64,000 nucleotides of DNA from Eledone cirrhosa (GCA_964016885.1 OZ024745.1:42408001-42472000), one strand, 5' to 3'; positions 26,460 through 40,220 are shown, counted from the stretch's first letter. Notes: generated by a model from the sequence alone, not told the origin. A program made the numbers and translations.

Positions 26460-27225
26460 GCAGAAAACTTTGGTGCCGTTTAGGTGGTAATGTCTACTTT
26501 AAACACATCTTTCTATACTGCCCACTTCCCAACATTCAAACACAAACATCGACATAGATGCGCACAAAACACACTCCAGCCTTCATCGAAGTCCATTCTT
26601 CCGACATAAAAAACCTCTTCGTGTCACCGTGCGAAGGAATGGGATCATCATCGAAAAAAAAAGAGACTCACAAGAGATTAAAAAAAACACATCTCAACAC
26701 AACACACTCTTGAAAACATCACCCAAACCACATACAAATAACAATCACAAATACACCTAAAAACCAATGATGAAATTTCTTCTTGCGTAACATTGGAAGT
26801 CCAAATATGAAAGCTATCAGTCGGCTCGAAAAATTGTAAAAGCCCCCCAAAAAACAACGTCAACAACCGCAATACCGGGAAACAGCAGCACCAGTCGAAT
26901 CTCCGGAATTGGCGGAGAAAATCGCTCAAGCATTGGTCTCAGAACCTATCTAGCTATGATCCTTTTTTTAAATATCTCGTTTTATTTATTGCTTTTTCCG
27001 TAATTTTTTCTATATATAATATGTCAATATATTTCACAATTTTTCAAATTGGCCTCTTTTCATATAATTCCGGATCCAGCGACTCATTTTATTGTAACTT
27101 TGTTTTGTTCATCAGCACACATTTTAGTGCACTTCGTTTTAGTTTTTAGCGATCCATGTAATTGTATGTATGAATGACGCTGAATCTAATTGCCCTTATT
27201 GCCTACATAAGGGAAATTATCATCA
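26460..27225 (+). pseudogene. Decayed L1/Tx1-like LINE 3' end
   Basis: Seen: WCRLGGNVYFKHIFLYCP (degenerate CCHC knuckle) and a 3' tail ending in (ATC)n like the other LINE tails here. Confidence 0.4.
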
Positions 27226-27500
27226 TCATCATCAACATTACAATTGTTGTTGTATTGTTGTCGTCGTTATTGATGTTATGGTTCTTGTTGTTATCTATAT
27301 CATCATTAATAATACTACTATAACAAAAATAATATCCTTCTCAATATAATACTTTATTTATTTATCCTTCTCAATATAATAACATACACAAATACCAGAA
27401 ATAACAATATGTATACATACATTTATATATATACATATATACATATATACATGTATGTTTTTATATATATATATATACATGTATGTGTATATATATATAT

Positions 27501-27555
<55 letters not shown>

Positions 27556-27592
27556 TACATATATATATATATATGTATACATATATGTATAC

Positions 27593-27623
<31 letters not shown>

Positions 27624-27654
27624 TGTATACATATATGTATACATATATATATGT

Positions 27655-27692
<38 letters not shown>

Positions 27693-27718
27693 ACATATAT
27701 GTATACATATATATATGT

Positions 27719-27797
<79 letters not shown>

Positions 27798-28412
27798 CAT
27801 ATTTGTGCAGCTGCGTTTAAGGTGCATTGCTGTAGAATCCTCTACAAAGTATAAACCCACTCCATGATAAGGAATTTGCCGTAGGCAAATAGATTTTGCA
27901 GAAGCGCATTTGCCAAAAGAAATAAAAATAATAATAATAATGATATCGCATCTGTAAAACAGAAAAGAGAGAAGTGCCCAGCAAAAGTAAAAATGAATAA
28001 ATAAATAAGATATACGAAGAAAAATATGGCAAATTTATACAAGGCTTTGTCCAGACTTCTGGCATTATTTTCCTTGTACAATGGCGACTACTTACTATGA
28101 TTTCGAAGACTGAATTCTCTTCAAAAGCTATACAATTAACCGCCAAAGCTAGTGACATCGATGACGTTGTCTTTCTGGTTGTTTCTTTTCGTTTCTTTTC
28201 TTTGTTATTGTTGTTGTTATAATTGTTTTTAGTGTTCTTGCTACTTTCGTTGTCGTCGTCGTCGTTGTTGTTGTTGTTGTTGTCGTCGTCGTCGAGTAGA
28301 GGGCTGAGAGTTAAAGGTGATGATGACATTTATAATCATTATGATGCAGATACCAGTGCTAACAATGTCAGGTTTTAATAGCAACGATAAACATAGCTGA
28401 AGCAGCTAATTA

Positions 28413-28413
28413 A

Positions 28414-28462
<49 letters not shown>

Positions 28463-28508
28463 GGTGGTGGTGGTGGTGGTGGTGGTGGTGGTGGTGGTGG
28501 TGGTAGTG

Positions 28509-28576
<68 letters not shown>

Positions 28577-28589
28577 GGTGGTGGTGGTG

Positions 28590-28630
<41 letters not shown>

Positions 28631-28752
28631 GGTGGTGGTGGTGGTGGTAGTAGTAGTAGTAGTAGTACTAGTAGTGGTGGTGGTAGTAATAGTAGTAGTA
28701 GTGGTAGTGGTAGTGGTAGTGGTAGTAGTAGTAGTAGTAGTAGTAGTAATAA

Positions 28753-28811
<59 letters not shown>

Positions 28812-28900
28812 AGGGTGAGAAGAAGAAGAAGAAGAAGAAGAAGAAGAAGAAGAAGAAGAAGAAGAAGAAGAAGAAGAAGAAGAAGAAGAAGAAGAAGAAT
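28413..28900. repeat. Compound trinucleotide microsatellite (TAG)n/(TGG)n/(AAG)n
   Basis: Seen directly. It explains the poly-V/poly-R ORF. Confidence 0.97.
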
Positions 28901-29323
28901 TGCTACAAGAGAGAGAGAAAGAGAGAAAGATAGCTAGATAGATATGAAGTCAAAGCAAAGCTAGCAATCTCTATGGGTTTTCCCGTTTGTACAATGTAAC
29001 AATATCGCAGGAACGTATAAAAAGACAATGATGATGATAGTGGTGGTGGTGGTGGTGGTGGTTTGATATTGATGGTGATCATCATCAACATCATGAAGTC
29101 GGCATTGACTGTTATTACTAGCATACTCTTTGCTTACTGAGAACGGTCACACTTCAATTCAAAGAACTCCCACAAATATAAAAGTTACCATGGAATTTCT
29201 TTTTATTCATTTTGTGTGTGTGGGAGGAGGAGGGGGGGACAAGAAATAGTATTTGGGGATTATTTAACTTTTACACCATTTTCCTATGGGAGGAAAAATG
29301 GAGGCTTTGTTTTGATATCTTTA

Positions 29324-30227
29324 TCTATATAGATAAAACTGAGGATGTCTGTCTGTGTGTGTGAGTTTGAATCCCTAAACTCGAGAACCACCCAACCGAC
29401 TGTTTTCAAACTTTACACATGTAATACTTATGTTTCAGGGAGTGTTCTGAGCAAAAGAAATTTCAAATTTTCAATGCCCTAAGGACCGCATTAGGCGATT
29501 TAACGATCTCTCTCTATAATTCTTAGTCTTTCTCTTTTTAGATAGATACATGCATATAACGTCGCGCCTTTATAATATCTGTCTGTATGTCTGACTGTCT
29601 GCATTACGTCAATTCCCTGAGGATGTCTGTCTGTGTGTGTGTGTGTGTGTGTCTGTGTGTTTGAATCCCTAAAACTCGAGAAGTACCCAACCGACTTTTT
29701 TCAAACTTTACATGTGTATTACTTATGTTTCAGGGAGTGTTATGCACATAAAATTCAACTTGTTGATCCCCTGGGGCCCGCATTAGTTGAAAAACTGCGT
29801 TTTTTCGGGGGGGGGGGTTGGGGGGGGGGGGTTGAGTCGTTACGTCAGACTGATTTCCTTGAAATTGTAACTATGTATTAGTCAGTCTCTTCTTCATACC
29901 GTGAGCAAAGAAAATCCAACTTGTTATGGTCTATGGCCCGCATTAGGTGAAAAACTTCATAGGGCTTTTTGGAGGCGTAACGTCTAGCCGATTTTCCCGA
30001 AAATTCAAGGCATATTATGCACATAAAAAAATTCATTTTCTTGATCCCCTAGGGCCTGCATTTTTCCTGCTTCATCGAGGAAAATCTTAAAGATTATCCA
30101 ACCATCAGAGTATTCGGTTTATTTTCTTTACATATTGTCCACGCATGCTGTTTTTCCACGATTAGGTCTGTTGGCAGCCCGCGTTCCAAAATACCTTATC
30201 CCGTGCAACGCCGGGAACCACTGCTAG
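29324..30227 (+). mobile_element. Complete non-autonomous Helitron
   Basis: Seen: A|TCTATATAGATAAAAC 5' end, 3' hairpin CCCGTGCAACGCCGGG followed by CTAG|T, inserted at AT with no TSD. The 5' module is duplicated internally (29339 and 29618). Confidence 0.85.
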
Positions 30228-30739
30228 TTTTTAATATTTTGCTTGCTGACATTTCTATTGGATGACAATTAATAACGTTGCTCACATTTCAAAATGGCCT
30301 CATCAATTGTAATAATATGTATGTTCCCCAATGGGGGTTAGTAATGACGAAAACATTTTAAACGACTCATACGAAGTTGTATGCACAAACATTTAGTCCT
30401 ACTTTCAACAATAACAATAACAGCAACTCACACGCATGCACAGAGAGAGAGAGGGGGGAGAAAGTGAGACAAACAGACAGACAGACAGAGTGAGAGAGAA
30501 ACACACGGAGCCACACAAACACAAAAGCAACGAAAAATGCAGTGGAAATTTTACCGTCAGCACCGACAAAATTTCATCGTTTGCTAAGAGTGTGAATAAT
30601 ATTGAGTTCCTTAATATGAAGCAGCTTCAGCAAAAGCGAAAACTATGGACGAGTTCATTCAAGAAAGTCAGTGCCTCCTTACCCGAAAAAATAATGCAAG
30701 AAAGAGCAGCGAGAAACTCTACCTTCTATTGTATCAACG

Positions 30740-30985
30740 AGGTTATCAATCCTGACAATGTATTTTCCAATACTCTCAAACTAGGTTTTTCGTTATGCTC
30801 ACTAGACATTCTCTTCCTCCCCCTTATATTCTCGAGGTATATCCCGATCTTCAGAGACATACCAGAGCAGGTCCCATTTCTAAAAAGGTCACCTGTTCTA
30901 GCTCTATCAATATCTCGAAAGTAATGGAGGCTGTCATTAACAACATTCTCTAATACATTGTATCTTAATGACATTCATAATGCGA
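30740..30985 (+). pseudogene. Decayed non-LTR reverse transcriptase N-terminal fragment (CR1/L2/Jockey-like)
   Basis: Seen across frames: NPDN..LK...YIP..PISKK...ISKVMEAVINNIL, resembling GPD...V.PI.KKG...SKVME. Confidence 0.55.
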
Positions 30986-31067
30986 GATCTACTACAAACC
31001 CATTTCCCTACCTCACTTATTGTCATCACATTTCATGTTTTTCTATATAATTTCTCAAGTTCTTTAT

Positions 31068-31630
31068 CTATTTTATTATTCCTGTGCCAAATCTGATGAT
31101 AGATACTGCTCGTGAATTTCTGGCACTGATGCTATCTATACCAGTGAGTTTGGATTTTAATATCTTATTTACCCTTCGGAGGTACTCTCTCCTCGTTTTG
31201 TTTTGCATTAGTTCATCTTTTATACTCTCAGATTCCAAGACCTTCAAATATTTATATCCTTCATCTCTGTCAATCTGTCGAATCTTCTCTTTATTTGGTA
31301 AATTCATTCCGTTACTTTTACTAATCATCGTAAAAATTTCACATTTGAAATACCAAACTTCGTGTTAATATCATTACTAAATACTCTCAATGAGCTGACA
31401 AGCGTTTTCAGTTTTCGCTTATTCTTGACATATATTTTCAGGTCATTCATGAATAACAAATTGTTGAGACTCTTCCGGTTTTTTCTTAAATTACATCTGG
31501 ATTTTATCTCAATTCTAGCGAGAATGGAATGGCGGTAATAACAAATAATAGAGGGGATAAGCTTTAACATTGGAAAATTCTCCGATTTATTTTGATTCCT
31601 GAGTGTCTCCTCGTTCTATTTTAACTCTTC
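31068..31630 (-). pseudogene. R4/Dong-clade LINE reverse transcriptase fragment
   Basis: Seen: LNNLLFMNDLKIY (decayed MDD motif)...FSNDINTKFG, and GYKYLKVLE...EYLRRVNKILKSKL...NSRAVSIIRF. Confidence 0.8.
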
Positions 31631-32379
31631 CAAGTGAGTGGCTGCCCTGCTGTTTATTTTCTATTAATATTATTAGAGTAGATTCCCCTATTAATATGGA
31701 ACTATTCCTAGTTGATATTTGCTATTGTTTCTTATTATTATCATGGCTATTTATTACAACGATTGTTATTAGCAAATTTAATGTGTACCCTTTGTTGATG
31801 TTTACTTAAGACATGTATCACTTCGGCTCTTGTAAGTATTTTGGATTTCATTGTTTAAAGCAGAGCACACATTTTGTCGCAGTCTCTGTTATTTTCTTAT
31901 TACTAAGAGACCCTATTTCACACCATGAAACATGCAGTCTATATTTCTCGTCCTGCAGGAGAGAAATGATTTGGATTCTTAGTTAAAGAAGAAATCAGTA
32001 ATACAATATGACATCGTCACCACCATCTTGATCAACAACAAAACAATCCCCTTCCCACTGCCGTCACTAACATGACACAGAGCAGCAATTTCAACAACAT
32101 TGACAAGGCACGTGAAGCCACAGCAGTGTATCATGTTTCGTTTCCTGCCTTGGCCAAAGCATCACCACCACCACAATCACCACCACCACCATAAAAATAT
32201 AATATAACACTAGTAGCAATGACATTAGTAACAGCAACAGTTATACTTTATGACGAAACAACAACAAAGAATATCACTGAATGCAACAACAACGCTCGTC
32301 AGAACTAGCAACAATAGATTACATAACAAAGTGAATGAAATGGGGAAGAAAAAAGCACGAAGTATGTAGATGGTGTTGG

Positions 32380-32850
32380 AATTGCTACTGAGAGCTCCCG
32401 GACGATATATGTCTTTTACCTTTAACAATATATGGAGAATACGAAAAGATAAAATATCTCTGTCCGGAAGATGTGGGTGTTTATGTTGATGAAGTCACCA
32501 AATGTTTACAAGAGATTTCCGTGGTTTCCAGGAAGTATATAATGTATGATTTGTGAGCAGGAATGATGGAGGTCATGACACATTAGTGGCTTCCCATCAG
32601 TGTATGGGTGAGTAACCCTGAATATTTTATGTTTTATATATTATCTTGTGTTAATTATTGTGTTTTATACTTATTTCATATTTTACCAAATGAATCTGTC
32701 GATTGTATAACGTCCTTGTCGCAATCCTGGTTTTATATACCCTTGTATGTCCGGCCCCACAACTGCTGTAACCACTATGTTTATAATATTTACGGTATTT
32801 CTACCTGCCTGCAAGCCCTTGTAACAAATAAAGAAATTACTATTATTATT
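32380..32850 (+). mobile_element. LINE 3' tail fragment (Tx1-like)
   Basis: Seen: tail GCCCTTGTAACAAATAAAGAAATTACTATTATT, similar to the tails at about 33700, 34220 and 46970. Confidence 0.4.
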
Positions 32851-32869
32851 ATCCAGAGGAAGTTTCACG

Positions 32870-33715
32870 TTAGCAATCTATAGCGTATTAGAGGCGGGGA
32901 AGTGTGACGGCGTTCTCTGGGAAGGCCTGGGTTTCGATGAGAACGAACTCACTAATCTCTTCTGGAGGATTTTAACCCAGGGATTATGGATAATTACTAG
33001 AAATCACTGGCTTGGCAATGCTATGGGAAGGCATTTCCAGTTCGAGGTGAATTCTACAACCATGGAAGTGCTGTCAGACAAGCCTGTTTGAGATACGCTC
33101 AAAGCAACGAAACTGTTCTGCACTCATTCATTCTATGCCTGTGTATTGCTGACCTGCGGAGTTATGTCAAAAAGCTGTCACCGCATGTAGGATGACTCCG
33201 GCCATCGACTGAGTCCAACGTGATGATCGCTCCACCACCTTTGAAAGGAAAGGGTGAATACTTTTCCTATTGACTGGTGGCTATAGCGAAAGAGCTTGTG
33301 TTGGGGACAACATTTAAAGGACTGAAGATTGACACGTCCCATTTCGATCAAACTCTCATCGACATTTTCAAGTTTCAATTGGAAAGGGAGGGGTCTCCTC
33401 CAGTAAAATTACCAAAAGGTGGGTGAAAGTAGCAGAAATAGTAAAAATGGATGGATCTACTCTCTGTTTGTACTCGAAGGTAGCACAACGATAACTAGAA
33501 GAGAACATTCCCCCTTGGTGGTCAAAGCGATTGTAGATCTGTGAGTTTCTCAATCAGACTTAGGTATTTAGCTCAATATAACAGAGGACTGAATGCCTCA
33601 TATAATTGTATACTGTGTATACCTAACTTGTATACTATGTGTACGTTACCTCCATTTTTTCATGTCTTTGTCATGTCACTTCAATCCAGGGGCCTTATAG
33701 CAAATAAATGATATT
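32870..33715 (+). pseudogene. Tx1/L1-clade LINE 3' fragment (zf-RVT region and tail)
   Basis: Seen: MDNY*KSLAWQCYGKAFPVRGEFYNHGSAVRQACLRYAQSNETVLHSFILC, homologous to 46340-46995. Confidence 0.75.
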
Positions 33716-33721
33716 TATGAA

Positions 33722-34500
33722 GGGCAGTGGATTGGCAGTATCAGTAAAAGGGTCGGACGCCATACTTTGCAGTGTAGAATTACGTCCCTTTACGATCTGA
33801 TTTCAAATCCTGCCGAGGTTAACTTTGCCTTTTATCCTTACGGGGTCGATAAAAAAAAGTACCAGTAATGCACTGGGATAATTGCTGGCCTTGTTCCAAA
33901 AATAGAAACAATTATTATCATTTTGTTGAAAGATGGGTGAGAGAGGCAAGCATGGCCCGAGTGAATGGGCCTGCTCTGAGTATGCGCCTGTAAATTGAAG
34001 ATGGAAAACTGGGAGAGGGCACTTGCCCTGATGGTCAGGGTCGCCGTGTTTTTTTTAATGGGCTTTCTCCACGAGTGTCCCTCAGAAGTCTCCCCCCTAT
34101 TGGGGAATTTTCCTTTGTTTCTTTTTTTGTCATTTTCTTTGTTTTGTTTTTTAACACGCAGAAATGCCCATTGGTGCCGTCCTGTGCTGTCCTCAATGTT
34201 ATACTTTATGTCATCCCTCGTGGTTAATAAAGAAAACATTATTATCAATCTTATTATTATAAACAAATCATTATTATTATTATTATTATTGTTGGCAGTA
34301 TCGATAGAAATTGAAAACCATGCTTTGCAGCATGGAGTTATGGTCCTTTACAGTCTGTGTTCAAATTCCGCTGAGGTCACCTTTTCCTTTCATCCTTAAG
34401 GGGTCTATAAAATAAAGTACCAGTCACGCACTGGGGTCGATTTAATTAGCTTTCCCCTCCCCCTAAAAATTGCTGGCCTTGCGCCTAAATCAGAAATCTT
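33722..34500 (+). mobile_element. SINE (33722-33915), Tx1 3' tail (33920-34250) and SINE (34293-34500)
   Basis: Seen: SINE motifs as at 25386. The middle block matches 46680-46990 (GGCCCGAGTGAATGGGCCTGCTCTGAG). Confidence 0.75.
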
Positions 34501-35437
34501 TATTATTATTGTTGTGGTTGTTGTTGCTGTTATTGTTACAGTTATTGTTGTTGTTATAGTTATTATTGTTAGTGTTGTTATTGTCGTTATACCTACTGCG
34601 TTTCGCAATTTGTCTTTGTAATATGTCCCCTCATCCGTCACTCCCCTAGTAATAAAAGAAACCACCGCCACCACCACCATCATCATTATTAGTATCATCA
34701 TGGTCATCACCACCATTATCACACCCACCATCATCATCACTGTTATTATTATTATTAAGAATATCATTATATACAACATCCAGTCCAATAAGAAGTGAAT
34801 GACAATGTCATCATTAGTAAGGTGTAGTATAATCAAACAATAAACGTCATCATCATCATCATCATGACACCATTACCACCACCACCACCACCACCACCAC
34901 CACTAACACCACTAATCCCACTACCAACAACAACACCAAAACCACCACCAACAACACCAAAACCACCACCAACAATATCAACACCACCAGAAACCTCCCA
35001 CAACAACCACTTTCAACATACACTATACAACCACCACCATCAGCAAATTCAACAACACCAGTAACAACTACTAGTGAAACAAATCAAAACAACCAAAAGG
35101 AACACAACAATGACGGTTATATTTTACAACCACAACAATATCAACAGCCACAACAACAAAAACAGCGACCGCAGCAACAACAAGCGTAGCCGCAAGCATC
35201 ATTACATGGCTGGTTAGAAACCATTTTAATGAGTATATAATGAAAGTGCAAAATTTGAAGAGCGTTTTATGAATCATTAGCATGCTAACAAGGGAGCAGT
35301 TAACAGCTGCCCTGATGTATGGTTTGCCCTGCAGCTATACCCGCCATCAACATTTCTATGCATGGCTACCTACTTTCACTATTAACGTGTAAATTACCGA
35401 ACCTTTCTATATACTATTGTGTTGTCTGCATTATGTT

Positions 35438-35480
<43 letters not shown>

Positions 35481-35486
35481 GCTTCT

Positions 35487-35517
<31 letters not shown>

Positions 35518-35523
35518 ATGTTG

Positions 35524-35561
<38 letters not shown>

Positions 35562-36289
35562 GCTGCTGCTTCTGGTGTTGCTACTACTACTACTACAACT
35601 ACTACTGGTGATGATGATGATGATACAGCTACAACTATATCTACCAACGTCACAACTTTAATAGTTGTTATTATTATTATTATTAGATTGGCAGTGTCGG
35701 TAGAGCGTCAAACACCATACTTTCCAGCATGGAGTTATGGCCCTTTACGTTCTGTGTTCACCTGGTTTTTTAATAGTGTTTTTGTTTAAATTTTGGTTTC
35801 AATGTGTAAATAGAACTCCATAATTTGCCTTCGAAAATGGCGATCCCATTATATTTGAGCCTTTGGCCCAAGAAAGGGTGACACAAGTGCCGCCTGAGAC
35901 AGCCTTCCATTGACTGATAGCATCCGTCACTACTAACATCTCGGATTGAAGGACCAACCTTAAAGTGACAACAGCAAAACAAACTCTAGCACCACCACCA
36001 ACCAACACCCGTAATCACACGTTTGGATATGGATTGTGACGAGAGGTGAAATGGAAAACCTTCTGCAAAACAAAAAAAAAACAAAACAAAATTTGACTTC
36101 ACCCTAAAAAACGGGGGTAGAAGAAAAAATCTAAAGTCGCCGACACCACCGCCATGACAACACATCCCAACAATAACTACAATAAACGCAAACCTAACAA
36201 AAGACAACATGCATCACAAGTTACACAGCCATAAACACGAACAATGCGAAACAATTCACCACATACAGTACAATTGGCCGGATAGACAG

Positions 36290-36860
36290 ATCAACCGCCC
36301 TTCCTTCACATGAATAAGGTAAGTGGTCTTTCTCACGTTTCCTTCTCATCGTCAAACATGGCCTTACGCAAGATAGGCGGTGTAAATGCATGTGGTATAT
36401 GGTCGCCTTGGTTGCTCAACACCCTCAGGTCACAGTACATAACTGTGGTTATCAACTGCGAAACTAGAATTTCCGAGGTACGAGCCTTCGCAATCAATTT
36501 TAGCGGCTAAGAGATGTATCGACCCAGAAGGTAAGCTGGAGGTGCTAAATATGACCAGCAGCAAGGGACATGCTTTCAGGTTAGTAGTCGTCTATGCCCG
36601 ACAGAGGCATGATGGCCTGATTTCTTGAGACGGTTGAGTACCTTTCTAGGAACGTCTGCTCTTTAATGTTAGTTTGCGAGTCGAATGGTATCTTAGACAC
36701 ACAAAGGGACTGTATGGCGCAAGCAGATAGGAGAGGAAGATGTAACATCCTCGCAAACTTGCTCAGACGTTTCCAACAGTCTAACAGGTAACGAGTGGGT
36801 TTCCTGAATGTACTAATGTGGACATGATCAAACCGCAATCGTGTCATCCACATCGTATTT
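36290..36860 (+). pseudogene. Tx1/L1 ORF2 N-terminus (APE endonuclease), decayed
   Basis: Seen across frames: KIGGVNACG...VVINCETRI...DPEGKLEVLNM...AFRLVVVYA...DFLRRL...LVCESNGILD...WT*SN, matching APE motifs (NVRG, QET, VYAP, GDxN). Confidence 0.75.
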
Positions 36861-37290
36861 GGTTTCTGATTTAGACACAAGGCCGACAATTTGGGGACGA
36901 GGTGGACATCGATTAAATCGACCCCCCCAGTGCAGTACTGGTGCTTTATTTTATCGACCTCGTAAGGATGAAAGGTGAAGCTAACCTCGACAGGACTTAA
37001 ACTCACAACGTAAAGGGCCGTAATTCTATGCCATAGAGCAAGTTGTCTGACGCTCTACCGATACTGTCAATCCACTACCTTAGTAATAATAATAATTATT
37101 ATTTCTACTTTAGGCACAAGGCCAGCAATTATCTCAGTGTATTACTGGTACTTTATTTTATCGACCCTGTAAGGGTGAAAGGCAAAGTTAACCTCGGCGG
37201 GATTTGAACTCAGACCATAAAGGGCCGTAACTCTTTGCTGCAAAGCATGGCGTCCGACCCTCTACCGATACTGCCAATCCACCGCCCTTA
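36860..37290 (-). mobile_element. Two tandem SINE copies on the minus strand
   Basis: Seen: reverse complements of the 25386 family (about 36860-37080 and 37095-37290). Confidence 0.85.
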
Positions 37291-37597
37291 ATAATAATAA
37301 TAATAAATTTCTTGTTTCTCTTCCTCCTTCCCTTCATTCTAGTACCACCCCCATCCCACTATCCCCTACTACAATCGTCATCATCAAGATTCCCTTCTCA
37401 TCTCCATTCAATCTACTATCACCGATGTATTTATTCTGCTAACATTGTACTCATTTCCTATTATCTTTAACTCATAACATACACATACACCCATACTCAC
37501 ACACAAACACATATTCACAAACACACAATTATACACATTCTTTCTCTCTTCCTCTCACTCACTCTCCCCTCTTTTCACTTTCTCTCACTTTCTCTCA

Positions 37598-37692
<95 letters not shown>

Positions 37693-38109
37693 GTATTGCT
37701 GTTCTTCAAATACTTATATACATGTCTCTATTAAATATTCCCAGAATATATTTCAGCTACTTTGTCTTTATTCTCAGAAATACTTATTAACTTTTATCTC
37801 ACTCCATTTCAAACTATTTAACAACCTCACATTCTACGCTGCAATACATTCATCAGCATTCTTCCTTTTGTGAAAACAACACGTTATATTCCTTTCAAAA
37901 TTTCTCCCCATTTTTTCTCATTACCAGCCCCTTTATTGATGCATATGTGGAGCCATTTGCTATGTTCAGTAAACTTCATTGTTAAACAATTTAATGTATC
38001 AGTATTTGCCATTTAACCAAGACAGATAAAAGAGAAAAAATTAAAGTGTAAATGCTGCTACACTTCAATAAATAAATGATAAAGTAGAAAATCAAACATT
38101 CCAGTTGTT

Positions 38110-38765
38110 GTCTTCCTGTTTCTTCTACAACACCTACAACGGTACGCGATGGGGCCCAACCACAGCCCCGGCGGACAAAATGGAGAAGGCGTTTCCCCGG
38201 AGAACGGCAAGGGAGACGCGCTGGAAAAGCCACCCAACTCGCGGGGCTCACACCTGCGGCTGGCCAGCTCAGCGCCTATGGTGGTGAGTAAGGAGGTAGC
38301 CCTGGGGCCGAGGACACCAGAAGTCTCCACTGCCAGGGGTCGACCGCAAACCTGTCGGAGGGCGACCGGTATTTGAGGAGTTTGGCCCCCTCAGCACGAC
38401 GTGCAGCAGAATCTGGGTCAGTCGCAGACTGCACCAGGTTGCGGCTGCAGAAAGTGTCGGTGCAAGTGGCATCCCAGACGAAGGGTTTGCCACCGCGGAA
38501 CGGGAAGATGGTCATGCCATCTGGCCTTTTGCCGTCCTCTCGATCCAGCCCCACCGGCTCGAGCTGGGAAGGGAAGCTTGCAGCGTCCAAGCCATGCTTA
38601 ATGACCTCGTTAGGGCAGCATGGCGTGGAATGCGGCCGCCACTGTGGCGACAGGAAAGCGAGTGGAGGCCGAAAGAGTCTACGGTGGAACCGCAGTGACA
38701 TTGGTGTGGCTGGCAGATCCGGAGGCCGAGCCTCAGGGAAACGCTGATGCGCAGGCCAGGGTTAG
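38110..38765 (-). pseudogene. CRE-like non-LTR retrotransposon 3' end: CCHC finger plus restriction-like endonuclease, frameshifted
   Basis: Seen: [29 protein letters not shown]...RHAAL / NEVI...[34 protein letters not shown]...KY / ETSGVLGP...QRVSLAVLRGN. GC-rich relative to the flanks. Confidence 0.85.
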
Positions 38766-39970
38766 CCATCAAAACCAGTTTATGTCTTTTCAGTATTGCC
38801 GGAGACATAAACTCGTTTTCTCTGACATTAACTCTCTAAATAGCTTACCACTTTTAAAACCCCGTTTTTGCTGCGGGACTAACTATAATTTCCGAATAAA
38901 ACATTTCTTTAAAAATGTAAAAGTTAATCTGTTGCCTTTTATATCATCGAAGATTTAGTCCGTATCTAGCCGAAGAAGGTTTTGGTAGACTTCTTTTATT
39001 CATGAGCTTTATAGAACCCTAACAACCTAGATAGGCACTTTTCTGTCAAGACCTTTAATCGTTTCGTCATTCAGTATAGTACTGGGGTCTAAGTCTAGTT
39101 TATTGACCTCTCGCGGTGGGCCCTGGAAACCGATTACTGATTTCTGATCTCGATCAGACGAATGACAATAACCTAAGACCAACTCTATCTCACACACTGG
39201 ATAGGTTTAGAAATGCTAGTATTGACTACATTATTAGAGTGACAATATACCTAATTTCATAGATTTTACACTAGTTATGCTGTAGTTATTTCTTAGAACA
39301 GTGATGGTAAGTCAATGATATGTATATCAGGAGTAGCTCACTGTGTTTTTAGTTGACACACAGTAAACTTTGAAAATGGTCATTAAAGTTAAAGTAACAT
39401 TATTAATTTCCTTATATTTTAGTATTACATAAAATATTAGGTTATATTTTCTGAAGACTGCTAGTTTAATGAATATATTATAAAATAGCCCGTATTTACA
39501 TAAAGCTAAAATATATAAGTGACACTTGGATAACAAGATTATTAAAGTAATACATCTAGGTTTCGAAATGCAGTGCTAGAATGGTTCTGAAAAAAACGTT
39601 CTTTGAAACATGTGAGCGTACTGATCCTTGAGTAGTGCAGTGGCTGAGTGTAGTAATCTGATCCTATGTGGTGAGTGGAAAGGGGAGGAGAAAATCTATT
39701 AATGCAACTATAAGTGACAATGGGTATTTGATTCCATTATGTTCACACCTAACATATATATATGGTCTGGATAACCAAAGATGTGGGTTCGACTCCCATG
39801 TACGGCAACACTCATCTTTTTCCATTTCTCCGAGGGTTATAAACCCCACTATCAGGCTAGAAATTTATTTAGTCTAAAAATACGGTGAAAGCTTATAATT
39901 TCTAATTTCTAATTTCAAATTCGCACACCGTTTCAAAAACATACTTACATGTTTACGTTTATAATTTGCT

Positions 39971-40004
<34 letters not shown>

Positions 40005-40016
40005 TATTTTTTTTTA

Positions 40017-40219
40017 TTTTTTATTTTATAGAAGGAGCTTCTACAGGACTAGTACTGTTTCATTCAGATGAAATCTTCAGGAAGCTTCCTGAAGATTTCA
40101 TCTGAATGAAACAGTACTAGTCCTGTAGAAGCTCCTTCTATAAAATAAAAAAATTTTACTCTGCCATGTATTGAGTACCTTACTTACTGTGGTTATCCCC
40201 GACTCAACCCGGGACCTAC

Positions 40220-40220
<1 letters not shown>
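40017..40220. mobile_element. Spacer-less 136-bp palindrome of two back-to-back hammerheads plus a plus-strand 3' tail, between (TA)n tracts
   Basis: Seen: dyad centre GAAG|CTTC at 40084/40085, arms 40017-40084 and 40085-40152. Confidence 0.9.
40084..40132 (+). ncRNA. Type I hammerhead ribozyme, intact core (mirror copy 40037-40085 on the minus strand)
   Basis: Seen: GCTTC-CTGAAGA-tTTCAtcTGAAt-GAAA-CAGtactagtcCTG-TA-GAAGC. Confidence 0.88.

Noticed and set aside
39040-39175. GTCATTC...GAATGAC-GAAA on the minus strand as a hammerhead stem II
   Set aside because: No CUGANGA upstream of the stem.
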